NCBI GenBank assembly: GCA_965217895.1
Contig: CBDCJV010000002.1
Span: forward strand, 2,656,001 to 2,720,000
Source: Waterburya sp.
GTDB lineage: Bacteria; Cyanobacteriota; Cyanobacteriia; Cyanobacteriales; Xenococcaceae
Direction: 5' to 3'
DNA: 64,000 nucleotides
Positions within the stretch are counted from its first letter, which is position 1, and each line of letters starts with the position of its first letter. Below are positions 37,526-48,545 of this stretch, one piece after another. The notes under the pieces were generated by a model. The model searched no databases. It was given only the letters and a program-made list of their open reading frames with translations, and was not told where the DNA came from. The translations under genes were made by a program, and so were the position numbers.

Positions 37526-38509
37526 ATGTTTCCCATCAATCGCCCTCGCCGTTTACGATCGTCAACTCAACTGCGTCGTATGGTGCAAGAAACCCTAGTG
37601 ACTGCCAATGATTTAATTTATCCTTTATTTGCTGTACCTGGAACTTCTGTAGCAAATGAGGTTGTTTCTATGCCTGGAGTGTATCAGCTTTCGGTTGATA
37701 AAATTGTTGAAGAGGCAAAAGAAGTTTACGATTTAGGCATACCTGCGGTTATTTTGTTTGGTATCCCCGAAGATAAAGATATCGAGGCAACTGGAGCATG
37801 GCACGACTGCGGTATTGTCCAAAAGGCTGCTACTGCAATCAAAGAGGCTGTTCCCAATCTTTTAGTTATTGCTGATACTTGTCTTTGTGAATATACGTCC
37901 CACGGACACTGCGGATATTTAGAAACGGGAGATTTGACAGGCAGAGTACTCAACGATCCGACTCTAGAATTACTGAAGAAAACAGCAGTTTCTCAGGCAA
38001 ATGCTGGAGCAGATATTATTGCTCCTTCTGGCATGATGGATGGCTTTGTCAAGGCGATTAGAGAAGGTTTGGACGAGGCTGGTTTTCAGGATACGCCGAT
38101 ACTTTCTTATGCAGCTAAATACGCTTCTGCTTATTATGGTCCATTTCGTGATGCTGCTGATTCTGCGCCCAGTTTTGGCGATCGCCGTACTTATCAAATG
38201 GATCCTGCTAACGGTACGGAAGCCCTCAAAGAGATTGAATTAGATATCGCTGAAGGTGCAGATATGCTAATGGTCAAGCCCGCCTTATCATACATGGATA
38301 TTATCTGGCGCGTTAAAGAAGCAACTAACTTACCTGTAGCTGCCTATAATGTTTCTGGGGAATACTCAATGATCAAAGCAGCAGCTTTAAATGGCTGGAT
38401 TGATGAGAAGAAAGTTACCATAGAAACTTTGACTAGCTTCAAACGTGCTGGTGCAGATCTAATTCTGACTTATCACGCCAAGGATGCGGTGCGCTGGTTA
38501 AATGAATAA
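37526..38509 (+). CDS. hemB: porphobilinogen synthase
   Basis: [41 protein letters not shown]. Confidence 0.97.
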   Translation: MFPINRPRRLRSSTQLRRMVQETLVTANDLIYPLFAVPGTSVANEVVSMPGVYQLSVDKIVEEAKEVYDLGIPAVILFGIPEDKDIEATGAWHDCGIVQKAATAIKEAVPNLLVIADTCLCEYTSHGHCGYLETGDLTGRVLNDPTLELLKKTAVSQANAGADIIAPSGMMDGFVKAIREGLDEAGFQDTPILSYAAKYASAYYGPFRDAADSAPSFGDRRTYQMDPANGTEALKEIELDIAEGADMLMVKPALSYMDIIWRVKEATNLPVAAYNVSGEYSMIKAAALNGWIDEKKVTIETLTSFKRAGADLILTYHAKDAVRWLNE

Positions 38510-38598
38510 ACTTTCTTTGTGCCTTCATTCTTGAGGGGCGTTTAAAGGGCGAAGACTGATAAAATAAAAAGTCTGCAAGCTTACCGAAGGAAATAACC

Positions 38599-40401
38599 AT
38601 GCGACTAAACGAGATGCTGTTTGTAACACTGCGAGAAACACCAGCAGAGGCAGAAATACCCAGTCATCAATTGTTACTTCGGGCTGGCTATATTCGTCGC
38701 ATCGGTAGCGGTATCTATGCTTATATGCCCTTAATGTGGCGCGTGTTGCAAAAGGTGTCTCAGATTGTGCGAGAAGAAATGGATGCAACGGGGGCGCAAG
38801 AATGTTTATTACCTCAACTGCAGCCATCTCAGCTATGGCAAGAATCAGGACGCTGGGATACCTATACCAAAGCAGAAGGGATTATGTTTTCCCTCACAGA
38901 TCGTAGCGACAGGGAGTTAGGTTTAGGCCCTACTCATGAAGAGGTGATCACAACTATCGCCCGTGAAACTATTCGTTCCTATAAGCAGCTACCTCTGAAT
39001 CTATACCAAATACAAACTAAGTTTCGCGATGAAATTCGTCCTCGTTTTGGCTTGATGCGAGGCAGAGAATTTATTATGAAGGATGCCTATTCTTTCCATG
39101 CTGATGAAGCAAGTTTGAAAAATACTTATCAGGCAATGGATCGGGCATATCGCCAGATTATGACTCGTTGTGGGTTGCAGTTTCGCCCTGTAGAGGCTGA
39201 TTCTGGAGCGATTGGTGGTTCTGGTTCACAGGAATTTATGATTCTAGCAGAGGCGGGAGAAGATGAGATTCTCTACACTGAGGATGGCAAGTATGCAGCC
39301 AACACGGAAAAAGCAGTATCTCTTATTTCAGATGTTGAAACATCACCCTTTAACAGCTACGAAAAGCTAGCCACTCCCGATACAGAAACCATTGCCAAAT
39401 TGGCAGAGACGCTTAAATGCTCGCCTACAGTAATCGTTAAAAATGTTTTATACGAAGTTATTTATGATAACGGCATGACTGTATTGGTCTTAATTAATAT
39501 CCGTGGCGATCGCGATGTTAATCAAGTCAAACTAACTAATGAGTTAACCAAACTCGCGCCACAGTATAAAGCCAAAACAATTATTTCTCTTGCCGTACCC
39601 AATGCCACCGCCCAGAAGAAATGGGCAGCCAAACCTTTACCTTTAGGCTATATTGCACCCGATCTTGATGACGACTATATAAGCACCTCAAAAAACGTAG
39701 CCAAAAAGTTTTTACGTCTGGCAGATCGAACCGTTATCAATGCTAAAAACTTTGTCACAGGAGCAAATGAAGTGGGCTATCACGTTGTAGGGGCAAACTG
39801 GGGCGATAATTTTAGCTTACCCGAACTTCAGGTAGATATTCAAGAGGCAAAGGCAGGCGATCGCGCTGTTCACGATCAAAGTCAAACTTTAATGAGTGCG
39901 CGGGGTATTGAAGCAGGGCATATTTTCCAGTTAGGCACAAAATACTCCGAGGCAATGGGGGCAAACTTTACTAATGAACAGGGTAAAACAGAACCTTTAT
40001 GGATGGGTTGCTATGGTATTGGTGTCTCGCGGTTAGCTCAAGCAGCAGTAGAACAATCCCATGATAAAGATGGTATTATTTGGCCTGTGGCGATCGCACC
40101 CTATCATGTAGTAGTTATTGTGCCTAATATCTCCGATCAAGAAAAAATGGCAGCCGGAGAAAAGCTATATGCAGAGTTTAAGCAGGCTGGGGTAGAAGTT
40201 TTGCTCGACGATCGCCAAGAACGGGCAGGAGTTAAATTTAAAGATAGTGAATTAATTGGTATTCCCTATCGCGTGGTTACAGGGCGATCGCTTTGTGAAG
40301 GTAAAGTTGAGGTAGTTAAACGTGCTAATAAAGAGTCTCAGGATATACCGATACAAGAAGTGGTGACAACGGTTAAACAATGGATTAGGCAAGATGTTTA
40401 A
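38599..40401 (+). CDS. proS: proline--tRNA ligase
   Basis: [45 protein letters not shown]. Confidence 0.97.
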   Translation: MRLNEMLFVTLRETPAEAEIPSHQLLLRAGYIRRIGSGIYAYMPLMWRVLQKVSQIVREEMDATGAQECLLPQLQPSQLWQESGRWDTYTKAEGIMFSLTDRSDRELGLGPTHEEVITTIARETIRSYKQLPLNLYQIQTKFRDEIRPRFGLMRGREFIMKDAYSFHADEASLKNTYQAMDRAYRQIMTRCGLQFRPVEADSGAIGGSGSQEFMILAEAGEDEILYTEDGKYAANTEKAVSLISDVETSPFNSYEKLATPDTETIAKLAETLKCSPTVIVKNVLYEVIYDNGMTVLVLINIRGDRDVNQVKLTNELTKLAPQYKAKTIISLAVPNATAQKKWAAKPLPLGYIAPDLDDDYISTSKNVAKKFLRLADRTVINAKNFVTGANEVGYHVVGANWGDNFSLPELQVDIQEAKAGDRAVHDQSQTLMSARGIEAGHIFQLGTKYSEAMGANFTNEQGKTEPLWMGCYGIGVSRLAQAAVEQSHDKDGIIWPVAIAPYHVVVIVPNISDQEKMAAGEKLYAEFKQAGVEVLLDDRQERAGVKFKDSELIGIPYRVVTGRSLCEGKVEVVKRANKESQDIPIQEVVTTVKQWIRQDV

Positions 40402-40516
40402 TCATTTTAAGAAATATAAAAACATACGAAAAAATGCTTAAGAATAATAACTTTATCTTTTCTGGGGATTGACGTTAAACTTGATTCTTAGAGAAGAATT
40501 TAGATACTTTTGGACT

Positions 40517-40954
40517 ATGCCAAAAGCTTATATGAACCACAGCATATTCAGTAATGGATATTTACCAACAATATTAATCGCTAGAGATTATCCCGCCGAA
40601 CTTGTATTTGATTCGCCGATCTTAGCGTCATTTAATCAGGTTTATGCGCCGATAATAGAAGCCATGGCAATTTTAGCTTGGGTACAACAGCATCAGCCCG
40701 ATCTAATTATTTTGGATATTCAATGGTCAAAAATAGTGGAATTAGGGCTAATTACGACTTTAAGATTAGATTGGTTGACTCGCAATATTCCGATAGTTAT
40801 TATTGGCAGCCTATCCGAGCAAAAAATTCAGCCCAAGACGAATTTAGATGGTAATGCTTATTTGACTAAGCCCTATTCAACACAAGAATTAGAAAAGGTT
40901 GTTTGTTCTTTAGTACCTTGTCCAGCTTGTAAAGCTCTAAACACAGCATCTTGA
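40517..40954 (+). CDS. atypical single-domain response regulator receiver (start uncertain)
   Basis: QPDLIILDI, TRNIPIVII, AYLTKPY; N-terminal acidic pair not evident. Confidence 0.6.
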   Translation: MPKAYMNHSIFSNGYLPTILIARDYPAELVFDSPILASFNQVYAPIIEAMAILAWVQQHQPDLIILDIQWSKIVELGLITTLRLDWLTRNIPIVIIGSLSEQKIQPKTNLDGNAYLTKPYSTQELEKVVCSLVPCPACKALNTAS

Positions 40955-40960
40955 GCAGTC

Positions 40961-41085
40961 TAAGTAGGTGGGTGGAATTAAATGTAAAACAAGCGTAAGC
41001 AAGATATTACGATCTATTTTTTTTACTCGTTACTCGTTACTCGTTACTCATTGCTAAGACTATCTTCTAATTAATTTCACCCAGT
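40961..41085. repeat. MITE-like element containing (TTACTCG)n heptamers
   Basis: TGGGTGGAATTAA / TTAATTTCACCCA inverted ends; TTACTCG about x4 at 41022-41049. Confidence 0.5.
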
Positions 41086-41184
41086 TTTCTGTTCTCGCTT
41101 TATAGCTAGTCTAAACTACAGTTAATTAGTTTTTAGTTAAACTTGATAAATAAGAAGCTATTAGCTCTAAAAAAAGGTATTGCA

Positions 41185-42060
41185 ATGTATTTAGTCACAG
41201 GCGCAACAGGATCTTTGGGACGTAGAATTGTCAGACAATTGAGAGAAAATAACGAGCTTGTAAGAGCTTTTGTTCGTCTTGCTTCCCATTATGGTGAATT
41301 GGAAGATCGAGGAGCAGAAATTTTTATTGGCGACTTAAAACAAGAGAGAGATATCGTCAAAGCTTGTCGGGATATTAAATACATTATTAGTAGTCATGGC
41401 TCTGGTAGTGATGCTCAAGCTCTAGATTACCGAGCTAATATTGATTTAATCGATCAGGCTGTGGCTAATGAGGTAGAACATTTTGTCTTTATTTCTGTTT
41501 TAGGAGTAGACCGAGGTTACCAAGATTCGGCTACCTTTAAAGCTAAACGAGAAGTAGAAAAATATCTGGCTGCTAGTGGCTTAAACTATACAATTCTCCG
41601 CCCTTCAGGTTTTGCTAATAATTTAATTACCTTGGCAGAGAGATTTCGAGATACGGGGATTTATTTCTCAATTGGCGACCAGCAAAATCGCTCCTCTATA
41701 GTTAGTACCGATGATCTAGCTAAAATTGCGATCGCTTCAACTCAGATTGAAGCAGCAAAGAATCAAATTTTTGCGGTAGGAGGCCCCGATATTCTCAAAA
41801 GAGAAGATATTCCGCGAATTTTTGCTCGTTTATTTAATCGTGAACCAATTGTCATTAATCCGCCTCTACAGCTATTTGATGGTCTGCGTGCAGGAGTAGG
41901 TTTAATTAATCCGCAGTTAAATAAATCATTAGGTACATTACGGACTCTTTTGGCACATGAATTTTTCTGTACTAATGATGAGATTACGCGCCTAGAATCT
42001 GTTTTTGCTGTAAAAATGGAATCATTAGAAAGTTTTATGAATCGCTATGTCGGGCAATAA
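41185..42060 (+). CDS. NAD(P)-binding SDR/NmrA-like oxidoreductase
   Basis: YLVTGATGSLG, VRAFVR, SGLNYTILRP. Confidence 0.88.
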   Translation: MYLVTGATGSLGRRIVRQLRENNELVRAFVRLASHYGELEDRGAEIFIGDLKQERDIVKACRDIKYIISSHGSGSDAQALDYRANIDLIDQAVANEVEHFVFISVLGVDRGYQDSATFKAKREVEKYLAASGLNYTILRPSGFANNLITLAERFRDTGIYFSIGDQQNRSSIVSTDDLAKIAIASTQIEAAKNQIFAVGGPDILKREDIPRIFARLFNREPIVINPPLQLFDGLRAGVGLINPQLNKSLGTLRTLLAHEFFCTNDEITRLESVFAVKMESLESFMNRYVGQ

Positions 42061-42135
42061 TAAAACCTGAAACCAACAATTATTTGATGTTTGATGTTAA
42101 ATATTTAATGTTCAATGCTCAATATTTAATGTCAA

Positions 42136-43209
42136 ATGTCTCAGCCAGCTATTTATCTTGCAGTAACCAGCCACGGTTTTGGTCATGCTGTGCGGACAGC
42201 AACAGTAGCCGAGAAATTACAGCAGTTACGTCCTGACATTCCTATCATATTTGTCACGGTTGCTCCTGAATGGTTACTTAAATCCTATGTGCCAGGGGAA
42301 TTCGTTTACCGCCAGCGCGTTTTTGATGTAGGGGTAATTCAAAGTGATAGTCTGACCATGAATAAGCAAGCAACCTTGAGTAATATGCAAGGAATTATTG
42401 CTCGGCAGGATAACATTATTGCCGAAGAAACAGACTTTATTCGTAATAATAATGTGGGGCTAATACTTGCTGACATACCTGCCTTGGCTGTTCCTATAGC
42501 TCATGCTGCGGGTATTCCCTGCTGGATGATGAGCAACTTTGGCTGGGACTTTATCTATCGTGACTGGGGAGAAGATTTTGAGGAAGTAGTGCAGTGGATA
42601 GCCAAGTATTATAGTCAAAGCGATCGCCTTTTCCGTCTACCTTTAGCTGAACCCATGAGTGCTTTTCCTCAAATTACCGATGTCGGATTGACAGGCAGTA
42701 CACCTCGCTACGGTAAAGAAATAAAACAAAAATTTCAGCTAACAGCACCTGCTGAGAAAACTATTTTACTGACTTTTGGCGGTTTAGGATTACAGTCAAT
42801 TCCCTACCATAATCTAAAACATTTCCCTGACTGGCAGTTTATTACCTTTGATCGTGCTGCACCAGATTTAGCAAATTTACTCAAGATTGCAGATAATACC
42901 CTGCGTCCTTTAGACTTCATGCCTATTTGTGGACGAATAGTTTCTAAACCAGGCTATAGTACATTTTCTGAGGCACTGTGTTTGGACTTACCTATCGTCT
43001 CTCTAACCCGTCAAGACTTTGCTGAAGCGTCAGTGTTGCTCAAAGCCATACAAGACTATTCTCAACATCAAATTATTTCTACGAATGAATTTTTCAAAGG
43101 AGACTGGAGCTTTTTAAATCAGGATATGCTGCCTCCTCGGAAGACCGAGCGTTTATCCAAAGATGGCGCAACTCAAATTGCCCAGGAAATCTCCAACTAT
43201 TTTTCTTAA
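42136..43209 (+). CDS. glycosyltransferase-fold protein
   Basis: HGFGHAVR, LTFGG, VSKPGYSTFSEA. Confidence 0.8.
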   Translation: MSQPAIYLAVTSHGFGHAVRTATVAEKLQQLRPDIPIIFVTVAPEWLLKSYVPGEFVYRQRVFDVGVIQSDSLTMNKQATLSNMQGIIARQDNIIAEETDFIRNNNVGLILADIPALAVPIAHAAGIPCWMMSNFGWDFIYRDWGEDFEEVVQWIAKYYSQSDRLFRLPLAEPMSAFPQITDVGLTGSTPRYGKEIKQKFQLTAPAEKTILLTFGGLGLQSIPYHNLKHFPDWQFITFDRAAPDLANLLKIADNTLRPLDFMPICGRIVSKPGYSTFSEALCLDLPIVSLTRQDFAEASVLLKAIQDYSQHQIISTNEFFKGDWSFLNQDMLPPRKTERLSKDGATQIAQEISNYFS

Positions 43210-43830
43210 TTTTGACTCTGAAGACTGCATTATGACCCGCCAAAATACAGAACTAAATACTGTCGAATTAGTGGCAAAAGACTTTGGACTTGCAGCTAAT
43301 TTGTTAGCAGATGCTTTTTTCGATAATCCTGCTCACGTATATATTTTTGCCGATCAATCCTCCAGACTAAAAGCATTGCAATGGGAATTAAAAGCTAATC
43401 TTAAGCTTAATTTGAGCCAACCAACACCTATTGGTAAGAGTTTTGCTTTAGTTGAAGCCAATAAACCGCCAGGAAATAGACAAATCAAAGCTATGGCTTT
43501 TTGGAATACTTCCAACTCAAGGTCTATTAGTTTTGTCAGCAAAATCAAGACAGGGCTGCTAACATTTCCGTTTCGCTATGGTTGGCAAACTTGGCAACAT
43601 TTGTCAGAAATAATGTCAGCGATAGAAGAAATTAAAGAGAAAACTATAGGACAAAGCCCAGCATGGTATCTAAATAATATGGTGGTAGCCAAACAAATAA
43701 GAGGGATAGGAATTGGTACAAAACTGCTTAACCATCAACTTCAATCTGTAGTTGTCCCTTCTAATTTTCCTGTCGTTTTGATGGCGAGGGGTGCTACGTG
43801 CGGACAAGTCCTTCGTGTTTAGGAAGCATG

Positions 43831-46008
43831 GTAGAGTTGAGGGAGAGTATTACCTCTGGCCCCTCTCTGTTAGATCTGTACGTGCGTCTTTCGACGCATA
43901 CAGCTCCCGAAACTTTTAGCTGTCGCTTTTACGGTTGTGTATATAGTCATGACAGGATTCGTGTATTGCCACTAAATTGTTATGACTCCAGTTGTTGTGA
44001 TTTCCATCTACATGATGTAGATTTACTTTCTCATTGCCTATGAGTTTTAATCTACAGGCTACAGATGAATGGTTTTGCCTTCTAAGGGCTTTAGAGGTTT
44101 CTCCATCGTATAGTTTGCTGTTGCGTTTACTCCAGTAAACTATATCTCCGTCAAATGGGGATTTATCTCCTTTGACGTTGATGAATTTATTTTCGGAGTA
44201 TGGGACTTTTGGGAACGCTATATCCAGAAGTTTTTTGCTAGAATAACGGTCTTGTTTTGTTTGCCGATTAAATACCTTAAACGCTCTTTTCTGCATATAG
44301 TAGAGGCTATTTCTAGCCCCATCCATTTTGCAGTAGCAATGGTAGTTTCTCCATCCTCTAACAACGGCGGCTAGTTTACTAGCCTTGACCGTCGCACCAT
44401 AGTTGGAGTTATTGATGATAGATTTTGTTTTCCTATAGAAAGCTCTGAAGTTTTCCACCGAAGGTCGGCTTCTGAACTTTCCATTCTTTTGGACTCGAAA
44501 ATTCCAGCCCAGGAAGTTGAATCCATCTGTCGTTGCTGTCAGCTTTGTCTTTGTTTCGCTGATTTCCATTCCTCGTTTGGCAAGGAATTCTTTAACCTCA
44601 TCAAGTATTTTTTTAGCATCGTCTTGAGGTTTTAGGATGTAAATCATATCGTCTGCATATCTAATACATTTTGATGTGCTTAATCCCCTGGTGCTTTTAT
44701 ATTCACCAATGTTCTCAATTGCGTTGAGTGCTATGTTAGCTAATAAAGGCGAAGCAACCCCGCCCTGTGGCGTTCCTTGTTCTGGAAATCCTACATTTGT
44801 TCCTGCTTTGAGGCATCTGAAGATGCCAAGCTTTAACCCTGATGGGGCAATTAGGTTCTCCATAATTGTGGAATGGTTGATTCTATCAAAGCATTTTTTA
44901 ATATCAATTTCGAGTACTCGTTTATTGATACCTTTCACTCTCGCATTTAAGTTGTCGAACAGGTGCTTTTGCGCGCAATGCGTGCTTCTTCCTGTTCTGA
45001 AACCGTAACTACGGGCGTGGAAAGTGGCTTCGTGTGCTGGTTCTAAAGCGTATTTTGCCAGGCATTGCCAAGCTCTGTCGCTAATAGTTGGAACTTTTAA
45101 AATTCGTTTAGTACCATCCTTTTTTGGGATAGGTATTTCCCGTAATCCTTGGTGTTTCCAATTATTAACTTTCAACTTTATTTGTTTTTCGAGTTCAAAG
45201 CGTTCTTGAAAATTCAAGTTACCTTTTCCGTCGATACCAGCGGTTTTCTTTCCCTCGTTTAGCTGTGTTACTTGCCTAATGGCTAAGAATCTTGCTCCTT
45301 GAGAGCGGAGTATCAGTTTTTGCAGTGACCTTGCTTTTTGCATATCTGCTGCTCGAACTGCTTTCCATACGCGCTTTTGTAAGCGGAAAGTCTCTTTTTG
45401 GAATTTCTTCCAAGGTAAGAATTCCCAGGATTCACTATTAACTGTGTCAATGTGTCTAATCATGCTTTACTCTAGTTTGTATGTTCTAAGTTCCTCAGAC
45501 CAATTACGGTCTGTCCTACCCGAATCTAAGGGATTAATCCTCTCGTCTGGTCTACCGTGGATGCGACCTATCCACAGACCTTAGATTCGTTTTTATTCGT
45601 TCCATTCGATTGATGTTTATTTCCTTTAGGTAGAATCAATTAAACCGCCTAAATCCCATACTCTTGCCAATGTCTTGGATAAAACTTGGCGGGATACATA
45701 GCTTAGGCAACCTCGGACTAGGAATTGCGTCCGTGTAGGCGTAGGTTTCTTTTCTAGGTTCTGTTTTACCGTGGGAATTCCCTATTAGCGTCAGTGTCTT
45801 CTGCAATTGAAGTCTGATTACGCCCTGTTCCCAGCTTCGCTCTGTAGAATTCCGAGTCTACTCGGCGTGGGCAGATAAGGAGTCACCCGTGAGTTTCGGG
45901 GGGAGGGCTTGCACCTCCATTAATCGAACAGTTATCATCTAGCTAATGAAAACTAGAAGCCCTGATTTATATGGGTTTTATCTCACTTTCGTCAGGAACG
46001 AATCGCAC
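43831..46008 (-). mobile_element. group II intron (IIB/chloroplast-like class probable)
   Basis: 5' GTGCGATTCG at 46008; domain V GAGCTGTATGCGTC-GAAA-AGACGCACGTACAGATC at about 43906-43873; domain VI ending CTCTAC at 43831. Confidence 0.92.
43916..45463 (-). CDS. group II intron reverse transcriptase/maturase with HNH endonuclease
   Basis: GKKTAGIDG, IPKKDG, SYGFR, DIKKCFD, GTPQGG, RYADD, GFNFLG, GWRNY, HHVDGNHNN..H..CH. Confidence 0.95.
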   Translation of the reverse strand: MIRHIDTVNSESWEFLPWKKFQKETFRLQKRVWKAVRAADMQKARSLQKLILRSQGARFLAIRQVTQLNEGKKTAGIDGKGNLNFQERFELEKQIKLKVNNWKHQGLREIPIPKKDGTKRILKVPTISDRAWQCLAKYALEPAHEATFHARSYGFRTGRSTHCAQKHLFDNLNARVKGINKRVLEIDIKKCFDRINHSTIMENLIAPSGLKLGIFRCLKAGTNVGFPEQGTPQGGVASPLLANIALNAIENIGEYKSTRGLSTSKCIRYADDMIYILKPQDDAKKILDEVKEFLAKRGMEISETKTKLTATTDGFNFLGWNFRVQKNGKFRSRPSVENFRAFYRKTKSIINNSNYGATVKASKLAAVVRGWRNYHCYCKMDGARNSLYYMQKRAFKVFNRQTKQDRYSSKKLLDIAFPKVPYSENKFINVKGDKSPFDGDIVYWSKRNSKLYDGETSKALRRQNHSSVACRLKLIGNEKVNLHHVDGNHNNWSHNNLVAIHESCHDYIHNRKSDS

Positions 46009-46193
46009 ACCCAATCGCCATGTTGATGACACAGAAAGAAGAAAACGTTAGATTTTATCAGCGATTAGGATTTGAAATTGCCCATAAATCAGTAATAGGC
46101 AGAAAAAATGTGTTTACCAACTGGTGTTTAGTTTTCACTTAGCCACAACTCTAGTAATCAGCAGGCTTTTAACAGCATCAAGATAATTAGCAA

Positions 46194-47726
46194 TCAATTT
46201 ATTTCCCAAGAATCAATAATCTTTTCGGCAGTTTCTAAAAATTTAGAATACTTAGCTTTTTCGGCAGTATAAATAGCAATATATACTTGCTTATTTTTGA
46301 TTGTAAATACTTCCATTTGCCTTAACTGTAATCCTCTTTCTTGACGAGAATAAACGATCATGCGGGCAGGAAACTCATCGATTTTGGTTTGACGGTTTTC
46401 ATCTATTTCGATATTGTTTGCCTTATCTTGTTTGATCCGCTTAAAAACAGTCTGACCATATTGTTCTAAGGTAGTAGATTTAGAAGGTAAATATTCAACA
46501 GCAATAGACACCTTTTCTAAAAACAAGTCTGCGTTATTTTCCAAAGGAGAAGCAAAAACTACTACTTCTCCTGTAATCGGGTCATCTAAATCTCTTTTTG
46601 ACCACGTTTGAGGATATTTAAGCTTAAATTGATAATAATTGTTGACATAATCGACAAAGCCTTGATAGGCATTTTTGTTCATGCCAATGAATATGATTAT
46701 CAAGGCGATAATAAAAGGCAGTGCTAATAATGACCAAATGATTCGTTTGCTAAATTTAAAACGGGAATTGCTTTTAGACCTAATCTGCTTTCTGCTTTTA
46801 GGCATTACAGTAAAAGGCATTTCCCCGCCAGAAGATTGAGGCGATTGAGGATTAAGTGCAAAAGGAGGCGGAAAAACAACTACATTTTGTTGCTCAAAAT
46901 CGAGTTCGGCGATAACTTCAGCAGCAGACTGATAACGTAAAGATGGTTTTTTTTCTACCATTTTGTTGAGAATACTAGCAAGTTTAGAATCAATATCGGC
47001 ACTGGAGTAGGTGTTAGATGTTGAAGCTTGCTGAGTGTCGTCGGGAGAAGGTGTTTTTGGCTGAATAAATTCCGAAACCTTTTTGGTTAGAGCATAAATA
47101 ATTGTTTTGCCTAAGGCATAAACGTCAGTAGTAAAATCGGCTTTTCCTTCTATCTGTTCGGGGGCAGCAAAATCTTGATTAACTATAGTTTGTAAAGATT
47201 TATTTTTAAATAGAATAGAGTTTTTAATTGCTGCAAAATTGGTCAAAAACTTTCTACCATCTTGATGCTGAATTAAACTTGAAGGCTGAATATTTAAGTG
47301 AGCTACATTAGCTTGATGAATAAATTCGAGAATTCTTAAAATTTCTTGTAACCATTCAATAGCTTCTGCCTCATCAATAAGAGAACGTTCTAACCTTTGC
47401 TCTAAAGTTTCGCTCTCAAAAAGTTCCTGAACCAAATAAAATTGGCGATCGCATTCAAAAAAAGCCAGTAGTTGAGGGATTTGCGGATGCTGGCTAATTT
47501 TTTTAAGGACATTACCCTGTTCGACAAACGCCTGGAGTACCTTTTGCCAAGACTGAGTACCTAAGACTTCACTTTCATACTGAGGCTGTAACCTTTCAAT
47601 TTGACATTGAGGAGAGTTTACATTTGCCAGATCTTCGGCTGCATAAAGGGTACTAAAATCATCCTGACTTAGTTCTCGAATAATGCGATAGCGATCGCTT
47701 AATATCTTACCAACTATTGACTCCAT
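46194..47726 (-). CDS. Ser/Thr kinase-like protein (degenerate active site) with TM and PsbP-like C-terminal domain
   Basis: HPQIPQLLAFFE, FAAPEQ, DVYALG, RYQSAAEV; C-terminal LKYPQTW...IYTAE..KIIDSWEI. Confidence 0.85.
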   Translation of the reverse strand: MESIVGKILSDRYRIIRELSQDDFSTLYAAEDLANVNSPQCQIERLQPQYESEVLGTQSWQKVLQAFVEQGNVLKKISQHPQIPQLLAFFECDRQFYLVQELFESETLEQRLERSLIDEAEAIEWLQEILRILEFIHQANVAHLNIQPSSLIQHQDGRKFLTNFAAIKNSILFKNKSLQTIVNQDFAAPEQIEGKADFTTDVYALGKTIIYALTKKVSEFIQPKTPSPDDTQQASTSNTYSSADIDSKLASILNKMVEKKPSLRYQSAAEVIAELDFEQQNVVVFPPPFALNPQSPQSSGGEMPFTVMPKSRKQIRSKSNSRFKFSKRIIWSLLALPFIIALIIIFIGMNKNAYQGFVDYVNNYYQFKLKYPQTWSKRDLDDPITGEVVVFASPLENNADLFLEKVSIAVEYLPSKSTTLEQYGQTVFKRIKQDKANNIEIDENRQTKIDEFPARMIVYSRQERGLQLRQMEVFTIKNKQVYIAIYTAEKAKYSKFLETAEKIIDSWEIN

Positions 47727-47805
47727 GCAAGTCCAGCTATATTTACGATTGCAAATAAATAAAAAGTTAAAAGTTACTATTACTGATTATAACTAGGACA
47801 ATTTT

Positions 47806-48366
47806 TTAGCTAGATAGTTCCTGTTCTAACTTGTCTAAACGAGCAAGTACTTCTTGACTATGAATACTAGGTCTAACTCCCAAAAAAGCCTCTCGTAAAA
47901 CACCTTGAGGATCGATTAAATAAGTGTGTCTTAAGGACATTGCTCCTAACCAAGAGCCATAAGCCTTACTTACGCTACCTTTGGTATCTGCTAATAAAGG
48001 AAATTTAAGCCCCTGAGCATCGCAAAATTCAGCATGAGAATCAACATCATCAACGCTCACTCCCAAAATTTGCGTGTTTCTTGCCTCATATTCTGCTAGA
48101 TCTTGCTGAAAACGTCGAGCTTCCAGGGTACAGCCAGAAGTAAAATCTTTAGGGTAGAAATATAGCACTACCCATTTACCCTGGTAATCTTTGAGAGAAA
48201 TATCACCATCTCCCGTGTTGGTAGGTAAGACAAATTCGGGTGCAGGTTCATTTAGAGGCGGTTGTTTGCCTCCCATTGCCCAAGCATTAGGCAATATCGT
48301 TGTGCAAGAAAGTAATAAAGACAAGGCAACAGCTAGCCAGAATCGAATCGAAATCAAACGTTTCAT
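47806..48366 (-). CDS. peroxiredoxin BCP/PrxQ with N-terminal signal
   Basis: VVLYFYPKDFTSGCTLEA, ILGVSVD, FPLLAD. Confidence 0.92.
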   Translation of the reverse strand: MKRLISIRFWLAVALSLLLSCTTILPNAWAMGGKQPPLNEPAPEFVLPTNTGDGDISLKDYQGKWVVLYFYPKDFTSGCTLEARRFQQDLAEYEARNTQILGVSVDDVDSHAEFCDAQGLKFPLLADTKGSVSKAYGSWLGAMSLRHTYLIDPQGVLREAFLGVRPSIHSQEVLARLDKLEQELSS

Positions 48367-48545
48367 AATTTACAAAAATATGATTTACTTAACATAAAGA
48401 TTACAAGTAATGCTAAGACCATAACAAAAAATTAATATATTCAATTAATTTAGAATGGTTCTCATGGAGAAAATATTCTCGTGCGACTTGTTAGCATCGT
48501 CATTCTGAACCAAGCATAAGCAATAAAAATTAAGATGCAGATATT

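Larger units (their letters stand above)
43787..46013. repeat. 49-nt short hairpin insertion in a split HIP1 site (43787-43830 plus 46009-46013), hosting the intron
   Basis: GCG (43784-43786) and ATCGC (46014-46018) rejoin as GCGATCGC when the insert is removed. Confidence 0.7.
43232..46142 (+). pseudogene. GNAT acetyltransferase interrupted by nested repeat and group II intron
   Basis: 5' part to 43786 (WYLNNMVV..RGIGIGTKLL..PVVLMA); 3' part 46014-46142 (IAMLMTQKEENVRFYQRLGF..*); joins in frame. Confidence 0.85.

Noticed and set aside
43916..45463. RT as retron, DGR or CRISPR-associated RT
   Set aside because: Canonical group II intron ends, domain V, maturase and HNH are present; no msr/msd, template/variable repeat pair or cas genes seen.
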